A stretch of DNA of 64,000 nucleotides from Rhodoluna sp. (GCA_017983965.1 JAGOAI010000001.1:475-64474), one strand, 5' to 3'. Shown: positions 20,721 through 31,005, counted from the stretch's first letter. The notes: generated by a model not told the origin, from the sequence alone. Made by a program: numbers and translations.

Positions 20721-21911
20721 ATGAGAATCGACCTGATTACCAAGGAATATCCTCCATTTATCTATGGCGGAGCGGGCGTGCACGTCGCTGAACTAGTGAA
20801 AGTTCTGCGCAAACACACCGAGGTGCAGGTCAGATGCTTCGGCGAGGTTCGTGATGAAACCGATACACACTCATACAGCCACCCAGACGCATTCAGCGGC
20901 ACCAATGGCGCTCTGCAGACTCTGGCGACCGACCTTGCCATGGTCAACGACGTGGCCGGTGCAGACCTCGTTCACTCGCACACCTGGTATGCCAATTTTG
21001 CTGGCCAGGTTGCCTCAAGCCTTCACGGAATTCCGCACCTGATCACGGCTCACAGTCTTGAGCCATTGCGCCCCTGGAAAGAGGAGCAACTTGGTGGCGG
21101 CTACCGCCTTTCATCATGGATAGAGCGCACGGCATACGAGGGAGCAACAGGAATCATCGCGGTTAGCGCCGGAATGAGAGCAGACATTCTGCGCGCCTAT
21201 CCACAGATTGACCCAGCAAAAGTGTCGGTCGTGCACAACGGAATTGACCTCGAAGCCTTTCAAGCTGCTAACAACCCTGATCTGGTTAGAGCAAACGGAA
21301 TTGATCCAGAACAGCGCAGCGTTGTGTTTGTCGGACGCATCACTCAGCAAAAAGGTTTGCCTTATTTGCTAAAGGCTGCACGCGAACTGCCAAGCGATGT
21401 TCAGCTCGTGCTTTGCGCAGGGGCACCAGACACCCCACAAATCTTGCAAGAGGTTAGTGACCTGGTTGCCGAACTTCGCAAGGTTCGCAGCAACGTGGTT
21501 TGGGTCGAAAAGCACCTTAGCCGCGTCGAACTGATCGCAATTCTTTCTGCGGCAACCGTTTTTGCCTGCCCGAGCATCTATGAACCACTAGGCATCGTCA
21601 ACCTAGAGGCAATGGCCTGCGGAACACCGGTGGTTGCAACTGCGACCGGCGGAATTCCTGAGGTTGTTGAACACGGCAAGACCGGATTGCTAGTTGACAT
21701 CGAGCAGGTTCAAGACGGCAGTGGCAAGCCACTTGACGAAGCCAAGTTTGTCGCTGACTTTGCAGCCGCTCTAAATGAGATGATCGACAGCCCGGATCTG
21801 AAGGATTACGGTTTAGCGGCCAGAAGAAGAGTAGAAGACCACTTCAGCTGGGACAGCATCGCCGAGCAAACTTTGAGCGTGTATCGCGGAGCAATCGCAA
21901 ACTTCAAATAG
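20721..21911 (+). CDS. glgA: GT4 glycogen synthase / maltose-1-phosphate synthase (actinobacterial GlgA=GlgM)
   Basis: EYPPFIYGGAGVHV, HSHTWYAN, EQLGGGY, YEPLGIVNLEAMA; divergent from glgC. Confidence 0.93.
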   Translation: MRIDLITKEYPPFIYGGAGVHVAELVKVLRKHTEVQVRCFGEVRDETDTHSYSHPDAFSGTNGALQTLATDLAMVNDVAGADLVHSHTWYANFAGQVASSLHGIPHLITAHSLEPLRPWKEEQLGGGYRLSSWIERTAYEGATGIIAVSAGMRADILRAYPQIDPAKVSVVHNGIDLEAFQAANNPDLVRANGIDPEQRSVVFVGRITQQKGLPYLLKAARELPSDVQLVLCAGAPDTPQILQEVSDLVAELRKVRSNVVWVEKHLSRVELIAILSAATVFACPSIYEPLGIVNLEAMACGTPVVATATGGIPEVVEHGKTGLLVDIEQVQDGSGKPLDEAKFVADFAAALNEMIDSPDLKDYGLAARRRVEDHFSWDSIAEQTLSVYRGAIANFK

Positions 21912-21920
21912 GCTCAAGAC

Positions 21921-22706
21921 ATGTCTCGCGTTCTCGATTTCAATAACGTCACCGTTCTTCGCGACAAAAAGCCGATTATCAACAACATTGACTGGCAAGT
22001 CGAGTCTGACCAGCGCTGGGTAATCATTGGCGCAAATGGTGCCGGAAAGACCACCCTGCTGCGCGTGGCAGCGGCCCAAATTCAGCCAAGCTCAGGAACC
22101 GCAAAGGTTCTTGGCCAAACACTTGGCGACGTGAACGTCTTCGAACTTCGCACTCGAATTGGTTTTGCGTCAAATGCACTGTCAAGCCACATTCCAAACT
22201 CTGAGACCGTGCTCAACTCAGTTATGACCGCGAGCTACGCCGTCACCGGTCGCTGGAACGAGCAATACGACGACATAGATGTGCGTCGAGCCCATCGCGT
22301 CTTGAACGAGTGGCACCTTGCCGAATATGCAGATCGAGCTTTCGGAACACTGAGCGATGGCGAACGCAAACGCGCTCAAATCGCGCGTTCGGTCATGCCT
22401 GACCCAGAATTGCTGCTACTGGATGAGCCGGTGGCGAGCCTTGATCTGGCTGCCCGCGAGCAGACCATTTCGGTTATCGGTGCCTACGCCTCTGAGCCTG
22501 CCGCCCCGGCAATGGTCATGGTCACCCACCATCTAGAGGAAATCCCGGCTGGCTTCACCCACGCAATCGTGCTGAGCCAAGGCCAGGTCTATGCTGCTGG
22601 CGAGATTCGCTCTACCTTGACCAGCGAAAAACTCAGCGAAGCATTTGGCATTCGCCTGGCCGTTGACTTTACCGATGGGCGCTTCAGAGCCCGCTTCATC
22701 CACTAA
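21921..22706 (+). CDS. Orphan ABC transporter ATP-binding protein
   Basis: GANGAGKTT, LSDGERKR, LLLDEP, VTHHLEEIP; no adjacent permease. Confidence 0.9.
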   Translation: MSRVLDFNNVTVLRDKKPIINNIDWQVESDQRWVIIGANGAGKTTLLRVAAAQIQPSSGTAKVLGQTLGDVNVFELRTRIGFASNALSSHIPNSETVLNSVMTASYAVTGRWNEQYDDIDVRRAHRVLNEWHLAEYADRAFGTLSDGERKRAQIARSVMPDPELLLLDEPVASLDLAAREQTISVIGAYASEPAAPAMVMVTHHLEEIPAGFTHAIVLSQGQVYAAGEIRSTLTSEKLSEAFGIRLAVDFTDGRFRARFIH

Positions 22707-22833
22707 TTCGCCTAATTTCTAGGTCAAAAGTGCTGGCGTTGGCCTATTTGCTTTGTTATGCTTGACCCTTGGTGCCGTTGCACCGCATCCAGTTATCTGG
22801 AACAAACTCTTAGATTTATCAAGGAAGTTTCGC

Positions 22834-23082
22834 ATGAAGGCTGACATTCACCCAAAGTACGAAGCAATCGTTTTTCGCGATCTAGCTTCTGGTGTTGCGT
22901 TCTTGACTCGCTCAACCGTAACTAGCAGCAAGACCATCGAGTGGGAAGACGGCAACACCTACCCGGTCTTCGACGTTGAAATCTCTTCACAGTCGCACCC
23001 GTTCTACACCGGAAAGCAGCGCATCATGGATGCCGCCGGACGTGTCGAGCGCTTCAACGCACGTTACAAGAACTTCTCATAA
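22834..23082 (+). CDS. rpmE2: 50S ribosomal protein L31 type B (Cys-free)
   Basis: [31 protein letters not shown]; no cysteines. ATG 22834 follows AAGGA. Confidence 0.95.
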   Translation: MKADIHPKYEAIVFRDLASGVAFLTRSTVTSSKTIEWEDGNTYPVFDVEISSQSHPFYTGKQRIMDAAGRVERFNARYKNFS

Positions 23083-23096
23083 ACCAACGTTTATGC

Positions 23097-23133
23097 AAAG
23101 AAACCCTCGACTTCGGTCGAGGGTTTCTTTTTG
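23097..23133. terminator. Intrinsic terminator (bidirectional) after rpmE2
   Basis: AAAGAAACCCTCGAC-TTCG-GTCGAGGGTTTCTTT followed by T tract; cUUCGg loop. Confidence 0.9.
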
Positions 23134-23160
23134 CAAATTGCTCAGTTTGAGCTGCGTTGC

Positions 23161-23880
23161 CTAAGCCTGACTATCTAATTTGATGGGCCAGCCAGGGGTC
23201 GCCTTGAATTCTTTGTCGACGTTGTTGATCATCCATTTGGTGAAGCTCTCGTCGATTTCTTTTGCCCATGCAATCTGAGAGTTGTGCAGCTCCGCCGCAC
23301 TCGCCGGCAGCTTGTCGACGTGAGCCTTCATAATGGCGAGGCCAACTCGACCAGCGGCAATTGCGTCTGCTTTTGAATTGTGTGCATCGTCGAGGGCAAC
23401 CTGATAAAACTCGGCAACGATTTCTAGTTTGCGCTTGCCTTTTCTGAATTTGTCGAAAGTTTTGTCGACAACTAGGGGGTCAAAAACTGGCATTGGCCCC
23501 GAGATTGGTTCTAGACCAAGAGCAACTGCCTGGTGATAGAGGATCGTGAAGTCATATGGTGCGTTGTATGCCACGACCGGAATTCCACGGGCAAAGCAAT
23601 CGCGCATCACTTCGAGAATCTCTGAAATCACTTCTTTATAGTTGCGACCATCGGCACGAGCCATCTCGGTGGTGATGCCGTGAACATTGCTGGCGACCTC
23701 AGGAATTTCAATTTCTGGGTCGGCCAGCCACTCGGGGCGATCAACAACGACGTTGCCGTCGACGTCTAGTTCGACAATGGTTGCGGTAACGATTCTTGAG
23801 GTCTTTAGGTCGAGACCAGTGGTCTCGGTGTCAAAGACGGCAATTCGATTGGCCCACTGGGGCAGCGCTTGAGAATTCAC
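23161..23880 (-). CDS. DEDDh 3'-5' exonuclease (DnaQ/epsilon-like)
   Basis: FDTETTG (ExoI), VAYNAPYD (ExoII), AHNSKADA (ExoIII). Confidence 0.92.
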   Translation of the reverse strand: MNSQALPQWANRIAVFDTETTGLDLKTSRIVTATIVELDVDGNVVVDRPEWLADPEIEIPEVASNVHGITTEMARADGRNYKEVISEILEVMRDCFARGIPVVAYNAPYDFTILYHQAVALGLEPISGPMPVFDPLVVDKTFDKFRKGKRKLEIVAEFYQVALDDAHNSKADAIAAGRVGLAIMKAHVDKLPASAAELHNSQIAWAKEIDESFTKWMINNVDKEFKATPGWPIKLDSQA

Positions 23881-23886
23881 TAGAAC

Positions 23887-23908
23887 AGGCTATGCCTAGG
23901 CTGCGACA
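23887..23908 (-). promoter_or_regulatory. PafBC-type (RecA-independent DNA damage) promoter of the exonuclease
   Basis: Minus strand reads TGTCGC-AGCCTAGGCA-TAGCCT-GTTCTA-GTG, matching TGTCGG-N10-TANNNT with one mismatch. Confidence 0.7.
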
Positions 23909-23932
23909 TTGAGTGCCAGCCCGCCTTGTGTG

Positions 23933-24832
23933 TTAGGCGAGGCCGCAACCTTTGGCAACCTCAATTGCTGCCTTAGAAAAGTTCAAAGTGAAAATGTGCA
24001 AGCCTGGAGCACCAGCGGCAAGTAGGTCGTTTGCCAACTCCACGCTGTAATCCATGCCGATAATGCGCGCTTCATGTTCGTCTGCGTTCTGCAGCTTTGC
24101 CAGCAGATCGCTCGGCACCGCGGCACCGCTCATCTCGGCCATTCGCAAAACCTTGGATGCATTCGAAATCGGCATGACACCAGGAATGATGGGCAGTGAG
24201 GTTCCGGCCAATGAAGCCTTTTGCTGGAGTTCGAGATAGGCATCGACAGTGAAGAATAACTGCGTCATTGCATAACTGGCACCGGCATTTTGCTTCAGCG
24301 CTAGAACATCGGCATCATGGTGAAGCGAAGGCGACTCGGGGTGCTTTTCAGGGAATGCAGCTACACCGACTTCGAGACTGCTCTCAGCGCGAACGAGTTC
24401 GACAAGTTCAATCGCCGTTTTGAGTTCACCTTTCTCGAGCGCGTCAGGTTGGTCTCGAGGCGAATCACCGCGCAGGGCCAGAATCGAGCCGACACCGGCC
24501 TGCTCAAAGTGTTTGATAATCTCTCGCGAACCAACGTTCGTCGAGCCGACACAGGTGAGGTGACCAATGGTCAAAACGTCTTTGGCCATGCGGTCAACCA
24601 CGCCAAGTGAAGTCTCGCGGTTTGAACCGCCAGCGCCGTAGGTGACCGAAACGAAGTCTGGCGAAACCTCGAGCAGTTTCGAGTAGTTGCGCCAAAGTGA
24701 GACGGCAGCGTCTTCATCCTTGGGTGGAAAAAATTCGAAAGACAGGGTCTTCTGGCCGACCTCTGCGCGCTGGTTGATTGCCGCCACCACAGAATTTGGG
24801 GTTGAGCTCAGTGCTTCACGGATGGCCGACAT
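23933..24832 (-). CDS. metF: 5,10-methylenetetrahydrofolate reductase
   Basis: SFEFFPPK, SVTYGAGGS, HLTCV, LALRGD, TQLFF, GLHIFTLN. Confidence 0.96.
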   Translation of the reverse strand: MSAIREALSSTPNSVVAAINQRAEVGQKTLSFEFFPPKDEDAAVSLWRNYSKLLEVSPDFVSVTYGAGGSNRETSLGVVDRMAKDVLTIGHLTCVGSTNVGSREIIKHFEQAGVGSILALRGDSPRDQPDALEKGELKTAIELVELVRAESSLEVGVAAFPEKHPESPSLHHDADVLALKQNAGASYAMTQLFFTVDAYLELQQKASLAGTSLPIIPGVMPISNASKVLRMAEMSGAAVPSDLLAKLQNADEHEARIIGMDYSVELANDLLAAGAPGLHIFTLNFSKAAIEVAKGCGLA

Positions 24833-24876
24833 CTCTCTATTTTAAGCGCAGAAAGCCAAAGGTAGAATTGTTACCA

Positions 24877-27800
24877 ATGTTGACAAGCCAATCTCAAGCA
24901 CTGCTCGACGCCATTCGATCGCGCGTGGTGGTAGCCGATGGCGCAATGGGCACCATGATTCAAGACGCCGTGCCGACTCTAGAAGACTTTCAGGGGCACG
25001 AAGGCTGCAATGAGATTCTCAACGTAACCAGGCCAGAACTTATTTCGAGCATTCACGCGCAATATTTGAAATCAGGCGCAGAGGCCATTGAGACCAACAC
25101 CTTTGGCGCAAACTTTGCGAACCTTGCCGAATATTCAATCGTTGAGCGGGTCTATGAGCTCGCTCGCGCAGGTGCCGAAATTGCCAGACAAGTCGCCGAT
25201 GACTTCTCAACAGACGAAAAGCCCCGCTGGGTGCTTGGCTCTCTAGGCCCAGGAACCAAACTTCCGTCGCTTGGCCACGAAAAATTTGCAGTGCTGCGCG
25301 ATGCCTATCAAGACGCTTCTCGCGGGCTAATCGACGGGGGAGCAGACGCGATTCTCATCGAGACTGTTCAAGACCTGCTTCAAGCAAAGAGCGCAATCAT
25401 CGGCGCTAAGCGGGCGATGAAAGAAACCGGCAAAGATATTGCGATCTTGGTTTCGGTCACAATCGAGACCACCGGCACAATGTTGCTCGGCAGTGAGATC
25501 GGTGCGGCACTAACGGCCATTAGCGCGTTGGGCGTTGACGGCATTGGCCTCAACTGCGCAACCGGGCCAACCGAGATGAGCGAGCATCTCAGATATCTGT
25601 CGAAGTATTCGCAATTGCCAATCGTTTGCATGCCGAACGCCGGCCTGCCGGTTTTGGGCCCGCACGGCGCACACTACCCGTTGACTCCAATAGAGCTCTC
25701 GGCCGCGCACGCACAGTTCGTTCGCGAATATGGCATCGGACTTGTGGGCGGTTGCTGCGGAACAACTCCCGCGCACATCGAAGAGTTGGCCATGCTTGTC
25801 TCGGGCCAAGAACTCAAGCAGCGCGCCACTACCGATGAACCTGGGCTCGCTTCGCTTTACCAGCACCAACCCTTTGACCAAACCATGACTTACCTGTCAA
25901 TTGGTGAGCGAACCAACGCAAACGGGTCAAAAGCCTTCAAAGAGGCGATGCTCGCCGAGAACTGGGATGAGTGCATCGAAATCGCTCGTTCGCAGACTAG
26001 AGAGGGTGCACACTTCTTAGACGTCTGTGTCGACTATGTCGGTCGAGATGGTGTCAGAGACGCCCGCGAGTTGGTTAGCCGACTTGCCACCGCCACAACA
26101 CTGCCGCTCGTGCTCGACTCAACGGAGCCGGCTGTGCTCGAAGCTGGGCTCGAGAGCATTGGCGGTCGAGCCATGATCAACTCGGTGAACTACGAAGACG
26201 GCGATGGCCCAACCTCAAGATTCGCCAGAATCATGCCGCTTGCCAAAGAGCACGGTGCAGCCGTTGTGGCGTTAACCATTGACGAAGAGGGGCAGGCCCG
26301 CACAGCCGAAACCAAATTCGCCATCGCCTCGCGCCTAATCGAAGATCTAACCAACAACTGGCAAATGCGCCTAAGCGACATCACTGTTGACGCCCTGACA
26401 TTTCCGATCGCAACCGGCCAAGACGAAACCAGGCGCGATGGCTTCGAAACCATCGAGGCTATTCGTCGAATCAACGAGGCCTATCCGGGTGTGCAAACCA
26501 CCTTGGGCATTTCGAACATCTCTTTCGGACTTTCGCCGGCGGCAAGACACGTGCTCAACTCGGTCTTCTTGCACGAGTGCGTTCAGGTTGGACTCACCTC
26601 GGCAATCGTTCACGCGGCACGAATCATGCCGCTCAACCAAATCGCAAAGCACCAGCTCGACGCGGCACTAGAGCTAATTTATGACAAACGTGAATACGAC
26701 GCCGATGGCAACGTAACCTATGACCCGCTAACCAACTATCTCGATGTTTTTGCCGGTGTCGACACAGCAACCGCCAAGCAGTCTCGAGCTGCCGAGCTCG
26801 CGGCGCTGCCACTTGAAGAGCGACTTGAGCGTCGAATTATCGATGGCGAGAAGAAGGGCCTCGAGGCTGATCTCGATGAAGCGCTAGCGATTCCTAAATC
26901 GGCCCTCGACATCATCAACCAGAACTTGCTAAAGGGAATGCAAATTGTCGGCGAGCTATTCGGCAAGGGCGAGATGCAATTGCCGTTCGTTTTGCAATCT
27001 GCCGAGGTTATGAAGACTGCCGTCGCTCACCTTGAGCCTCACATTGAAAAGTCAGATGGCAGCGGCAAGGGTCGCATCTTGCTTGCCACAGTTCGCGGTG
27101 ACGTGCACGACATTGGCAAGAACTTGGTCGACATTATTTTGAGCAACAACGGCTTCGAGACCGTGAACATTGGCATCAAGCAACCAATCAACGAAATTTT
27201 GAAAGCTGCCGAAGAAAACAACGTCGACGTAATCGGCATGAGTGGTTTGCTCGTCAAGTCGACTCAAATCATGAAAGAAAACCTCGAAGAGATGAACCAG
27301 CGCGGAGTCGCAGACCGCTGGCCCGTAATTCTTGGTGGCGCTGCCTTGACCCGTGCCTTCGTCGAGCAAGACCTTGCCGAAATATTTGACGGCGAAGTGC
27401 GTTATGCACGAGATGCCTTCGAAGGTCTAAAACTCATGGATACCCTCGTGAAGATAAAGCGCGGCGACCAGTCAGCCTCGCTGCCTGCGCTCAAGAAACG
27501 AGTGGTCTCGCCTCACAGCCTTCTAGTCAGAACAGAGCCAGATCAGGTTCCAGACCGCAGCGACGTCGCGAGCGACAATGCCGTGCCAACCCCACCATTC
27601 TGGGGAACCCGCATCGTCAAGGGCATCGCCCTGCGCGATTACGCATCGTTTCTCGATGAGCGAGCAACGTTTATGGGGCAGTGGGGCCTCAAACCTGGCC
27701 GAGGCGACGATGGCGCGAGCTACGAAGAACTCGTCGAGACCGAAGGTCGACCTCGCCTGCGTTACTGGCTCGATCGCCTGCAAACCGAGAACCTGCTAGA

Positions 27801-28413
27801 AGCAAGTGTCGTCTACGGATACTTTCCGGCAGTTAGCGACGGCAACGACACGGTTGTATTGCATCACTCCGCAGAAGGTGCAACCGATGGTGGATCAGGC
27901 GAAACCGCCGGCACCGAACGCATGCGCTTTAAGTTTCCGAGACAGGCTCGTGACAGACACCTTTGCCTGAGCGATTTCATCAAGAATCGCGAAACCAGCC
28001 AAGTCGATGTCTTGCCATTCCAACTTGTGACCATGGGCTCAAAAATTGCCGAAGAGGCAAACCGACTTTACAAGAACAACCAATATCGCGACTACCTAGA
28101 ACTGCACGGGCTCTCTGTGCAGCTAACCGAAGCACTCGCCGAGTTCTGGCACTCGCGAATTCGCTCTGAGCTTGGCTTCTCAAATGAAGACCCGAACGAC
28201 GTCGATGGCCTATTCAAACTTGAGTATCGCGGCGCGCGCTTCAGCTTCGGCTACCCGGCTTGCCCAGAGCTAGAAGATCGCATCAAACTTGTCGAACTGT
28301 TGCAACCACATCGCATTGGCGTTGAGCTATCAGAAGAGCTTCAGCTGCACCCAGAGCAATCGACAGATGCCATGATTCTTCACCACCCCGAAGCAAAGTA
28401 TTTCTCGGTCTAA
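24877..28413 (+). CDS. metH: B12-dependent methionine synthase
   Basis: DGAMGT, GLNCATGP, GGCCGT, IGERTNANGS, cobalamin motif GDVHDIGKNLV. ATG 24877 lies 8 nt after TAGAAT. Confidence 0.97.
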   Translation: MLTSQSQALLDAIRSRVVVADGAMGTMIQDAVPTLEDFQGHEGCNEILNVTRPELISSIHAQYLKSGAEAIETNTFGANFANLAEYSIVERVYELARAGAEIARQVADDFSTDEKPRWVLGSLGPGTKLPSLGHEKFAVLRDAYQDASRGLIDGGADAILIETVQDLLQAKSAIIGAKRAMKETGKDIAILVSVTIETTGTMLLGSEIGAALTAISALGVDGIGLNCATGPTEMSEHLRYLSKYSQLPIVCMPNAGLPVLGPHGAHYPLTPIELSAAHAQFVREYGIGLVGGCCGTTPAHIEELAMLVSGQELKQRATTDEPGLASLYQHQPFDQTMTYLSIGERTNANGSKAFKEAMLAENWDECIEIARSQTREGAHFLDVCVDYVGRDGVRDARELVSRLATATTLPLVLDSTEPAVLEAGLESIGGRAMINSVNYEDGDGPTSRFARIMPLAKEHGAAVVALTIDEEGQARTAETKFAIASRLIEDLTNNWQMRLSDITVDALTFPIATGQDETRRDGFETIEAIRRINEAYPGVQTTLGISNISFGLSPAARHVLNSVFLHECVQVGLTSAIVHAARIMPLNQIAKHQLDAALELIYDKREYDADGNVTYDPLTNYLDVFAGVDTATAKQSRAAELAALPLEERLERRIIDGEKKGLEADLDEALAIPKSALDIINQNLLKGMQIVGELFGKGEMQLPFVLQSAEVMKTAVAHLEPHIEKSDGSGKGRILLATVRGDVHDIGKNLVDIILSNNGFETVNIGIKQPINEILKAAEENNVDVIGMSGLLVKSTQIMKENLEEMNQRGVADRWPVILGGAALTRAFVEQDLAEIFDGEVRYARDAFEGLKLMDTLVKIKRGDQSASLPALKKRVVSPHSLLVRTEPDQVPDRSDVASDNAVPTPPFWGTRIVKGIALRDYASFLDERATFMGQWGLKPGRGDDGASYEELVETEGRPRLRYWLDRLQTENLLEASVVYGYFPAVSDGNDTVVLHHSAEGATDGGSGETAGTERMRFKFPRQARDRHLCLSDFIKNRETSQVDVLPFQLVTMGSKIAEEANRLYKNNQYRDYLELHGLSVQLTEALAEFWHSRIRSELGFSNEDPNDVDGLFKLEYRGARFSFGYPACPELEDRIKLVELLQPHRIGVELSEELQLHPEQSTDAMILHHPEAKYFSV

Positions 28414-29324
28414 TGCATGCCCAACCAATGCAGGCAGAGCTAGCCGCAAAAGCACGAGCAAATGCCGAGCGACGCGAAGTAACTATTTCGGGCGAGCGCA
28501 CAACTTATTGGTTCTATGCAGCGACTAAAGGCTCAACATCGTCTGCAACATTGGTCATGATTCATGGATACCGCGGCAACCATCACGGATTAGAAGCTAT
28601 CGCCGGTGCGCTAGACAACATCAACGTTGTGATTCCAGACTTGCCGGGCTTCGGCGAGTCTGAGCCATTCACAACCACTCACAGCATTCAGAACTATGCC
28701 GACTGGTTGCACAAATTTTTAGTTTCGCTGAAGTTATCTAAGAAGCCACATCTGCTTGGGCACTCGTTCGGCAGCATTGTCGTTTCAGCTCAGGTCGCAA
28801 AATTTGATGACATTGCCACTCTGATACTTGAAAACCCGGTAGCTGCTCCAGCGCTGGCCGGGCCTAAAGCCTTCACGACGGGCCTGGCCAAGAGCTTCTT
28901 CTGGCTGGCGGGCGCGCTTCCAGAGAGAACGGGTCTGCGCCTTCTCAAGGGGTTCGTTATGGTGCGAGGCATGAGCGTGCTAATGGCCAAAACTAAGAAC
29001 CGCCAATTGCGCAAGTGGATTCACCAGCAACACGACGAAAACTTCAACGATTTTGCAAGTCGCAGAGTTGCACTTGAGGCATACGTGGCCTCGGTTTCAA
29101 ACTGTGTGGGTGATTTTGCCAAAGATTTCTCGGTTCCGGTGCTGCTGCTCGCGGGCAAGCGCGACGACATCACGTCGGTTGCTCAACAGCGAGAGCTGAC
29201 CGAGAAAATTGGCTCTGCTCAGCGACAACTTGAGGTTTTCAATGGAGTTGGCCACCTGACCCACTACGAAATTCCCGAGAAGATTGCAGAGCACATCTCG
29301 GCCTGGGTAACTGCGCATGACTAA
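28413..29324 (+). CDS. Alpha/beta fold hydrolase
   Basis: HG oxyanion motif, PDLPGFG, GHSFG nucleophile elbow, GKRDD, GHLTHYE. Confidence 0.9.
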   Translation: MHAQPMQAELAAKARANAERREVTISGERTTYWFYAATKGSTSSATLVMIHGYRGNHHGLEAIAGALDNINVVIPDLPGFGESEPFTTTHSIQNYADWLHKFLVSLKLSKKPHLLGHSFGSIVVSAQVAKFDDIATLILENPVAAPALAGPKAFTTGLAKSFFWLAGALPERTGLRLLKGFVMVRGMSVLMAKTKNRQLRKWIHQQHDENFNDFASRRVALEAYVASVSNCVGDFAKDFSVPVLLLAGKRDDITSVAQQRELTEKIGSAQRQLEVFNGVGHLTHYEIPEKIAEHISAWVTAHD

Positions 29325-30408
29325 AGAAATAACAGACGTTCTATACTTCGATGCCCGATACATCCGTGTCGATCACCATGACGGCATCAGCCGCTTTTCT
29401 GCTGGACTATGCCAAGAGATCAGCAGGAAACTAAAAACAGTTGCCATCATTTGCGATGAACGTCAACTGAAGTCACTGCCTGCCGGAATTGAATACGTCA
29501 AGCTCACTGACCCAACCAAACCCTTGTCAGAATTGCTAATCGCCAGAAAGCTGAACAAGCTCGACGCGAAGTTGGTTTTCTCGCCGATGCAAACCATGGG
29601 CACCTGGTCGAGAAAATACAAACTGCTGCTGACACTGCACGACCTCATTTACTATGCCCACCCGGCTCCGCCACCGTCGTTGCCTATCGCGGTTCGCATC
29701 GGTTGGCGCTTGTTTCACAGCGTCTATTGGCCTCAGCGTTTCGTGCTGAACCAGGCCGACGCAATCATCACCGTGTCAGAAACCACGAAGAGTCTCATTC
29801 AGAAATTCAAACTGACTAAGAAAGCCACCCACGTGGTTTATAACGCTGCGGCGCACGTTCACGAACAGCACAAGTCAGCACACGCTCGGCCTGCGACCAA
29901 ACAAAAACTGGTCTACATGGGCAGTTTCATGGATTACAAGAACGTCGAAACGCTCGTTAAGGCGATGCCATTGCTGGCCGATTATGAACTGCACTTGCTC
30001 AGCAAGATCAGTGACGACAGGCGAGCCGAACTCAGGAGCCTAGCGACCACGAAGAACATCGTCTTTCACAACGGAGTCAGCGAAACTGAATATTTGCGCC
30101 AACTCGATGAAGCCGTTGCTCTGGTTAGCGCATCTCGCGACGAGGGTTTTGGCATTCCGGTGATTGAGGCCATGGGCAGAGGTTGCCCGACAATAATCAG
30201 CGACATCGAAATCTTCAGAGAAGTCGGTGCGGGTGCTGCAATTTACTTTGATCAGAATTCGCCGGAGTCTTTTGCGGCAGCGGTTAGAACGATCGAAGCC
30301 CCGAGCGCTTGGAAGGCTAAAAGCATCGCCGCTTTGGCACAGGCGAAAAAGTTCAACTGGCAAGCCTCGGCAGATGAGCTAATCGAAGCGATTAAAACTC
30401 TTTATTAG
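29317..30408 (+). CDS. GT4 (GT-B) glycosyltransferase
   Basis: DGISRF, TLHDLI, TVSETTK, EGFGIPVIEAM. Confidence 0.92.
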   Translation: MTKEITDVLYFDARYIRVDHHDGISRFSAGLCQEISRKLKTVAIICDERQLKSLPAGIEYVKLTDPTKPLSELLIARKLNKLDAKLVFSPMQTMGTWSRKYKLLLTLHDLIYYAHPAPPPSLPIAVRIGWRLFHSVYWPQRFVLNQADAIITVSETTKSLIQKFKLTKKATHVVYNAAAHVHEQHKSAHARPATKQKLVYMGSFMDYKNVETLVKAMPLLADYELHLLSKISDDRRAELRSLATTKNIVFHNGVSETEYLRQLDEAVALVSASRDEGFGIPVIEAMGRGCPTIISDIEIFREVGAGAAIYFDQNSPESFAAAVRTIEAPSAWKAKSIAALAQAKKFNWQASADELIEAIKTLY

Positions 30409-30417
30409 CCGCGAAAT

Positions 30418-31005
30418 CTATTTCGGCAATTCGGCCAGCGATCGCGGTTCGAAAATCTCAATTCGCCAACCGTTTTCGTCATGCACAATCACAGACAGCG
30501 ATGTGTTGCCAAAGCGCTGGCCAGCCAATGGCAATTCTCCGCCGCTTACCATTCGAACTAACTTGCGAATTAGCGCGCCGTGACTAACCGTTAGCACTCG
30601 GGTTCCGCGATAAACGTTTAGCAGCTGCTCGAGCAATTGCTCGGCACGAGCGCGCAGCACGTCGAGGCTCTCGCCGCCGGGTGGAAGGCCATCTGGAAAA
30701 TCGCGCTTCCACTCTTCGTGGGTCATCCCCTCGGCGTCACCAAAGGAGCGCTCAAGCAAAAGCGGTTCAACCGCGACTTCGCTGATGCCAAGCTCTTGTG
30801 CCACAATCTCGGCAGTTTCTCTTGCCCGAGAAAGGGGAGAGGTTGCGATGAAGTCCCAGTCTTCGGCGTTTATTGCCGCGGCGGCAATTCGCGCCTGCGC
30901 CAAGCCAGTCTCGTTCAACGGAATATCCGTGATTCCCTGCAAACGAAAGTCGATGTTCCAATCGGTTTGTCCGTGTCGAAGCAATCCGACGATGGTCTTA
31001 GTCAA
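30418..31005 (-). CDS. Histidine phosphatase (PGM-like) family protein
   Basis: RHGQTDWN, SPLSRARETA, ERSFG, VSHG. Confidence 0.92.
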   Translation of the reverse strand: MTKTIVGLLRHGQTDWNIDFRLQGITDIPLNETGLAQARIAAAAINAEDWDFIATSPLSRARETAEIVAQELGISEVAVEPLLLERSFGDAEGMTHEEWKRDFPDGLPPGGESLDVLRARAEQLLEQLLNVYRGTRVLTVSHGALIRKLVRMVSGGELPLAGQRFGNTSLSVIVHDENGWRIEIFEPRSLAELPK

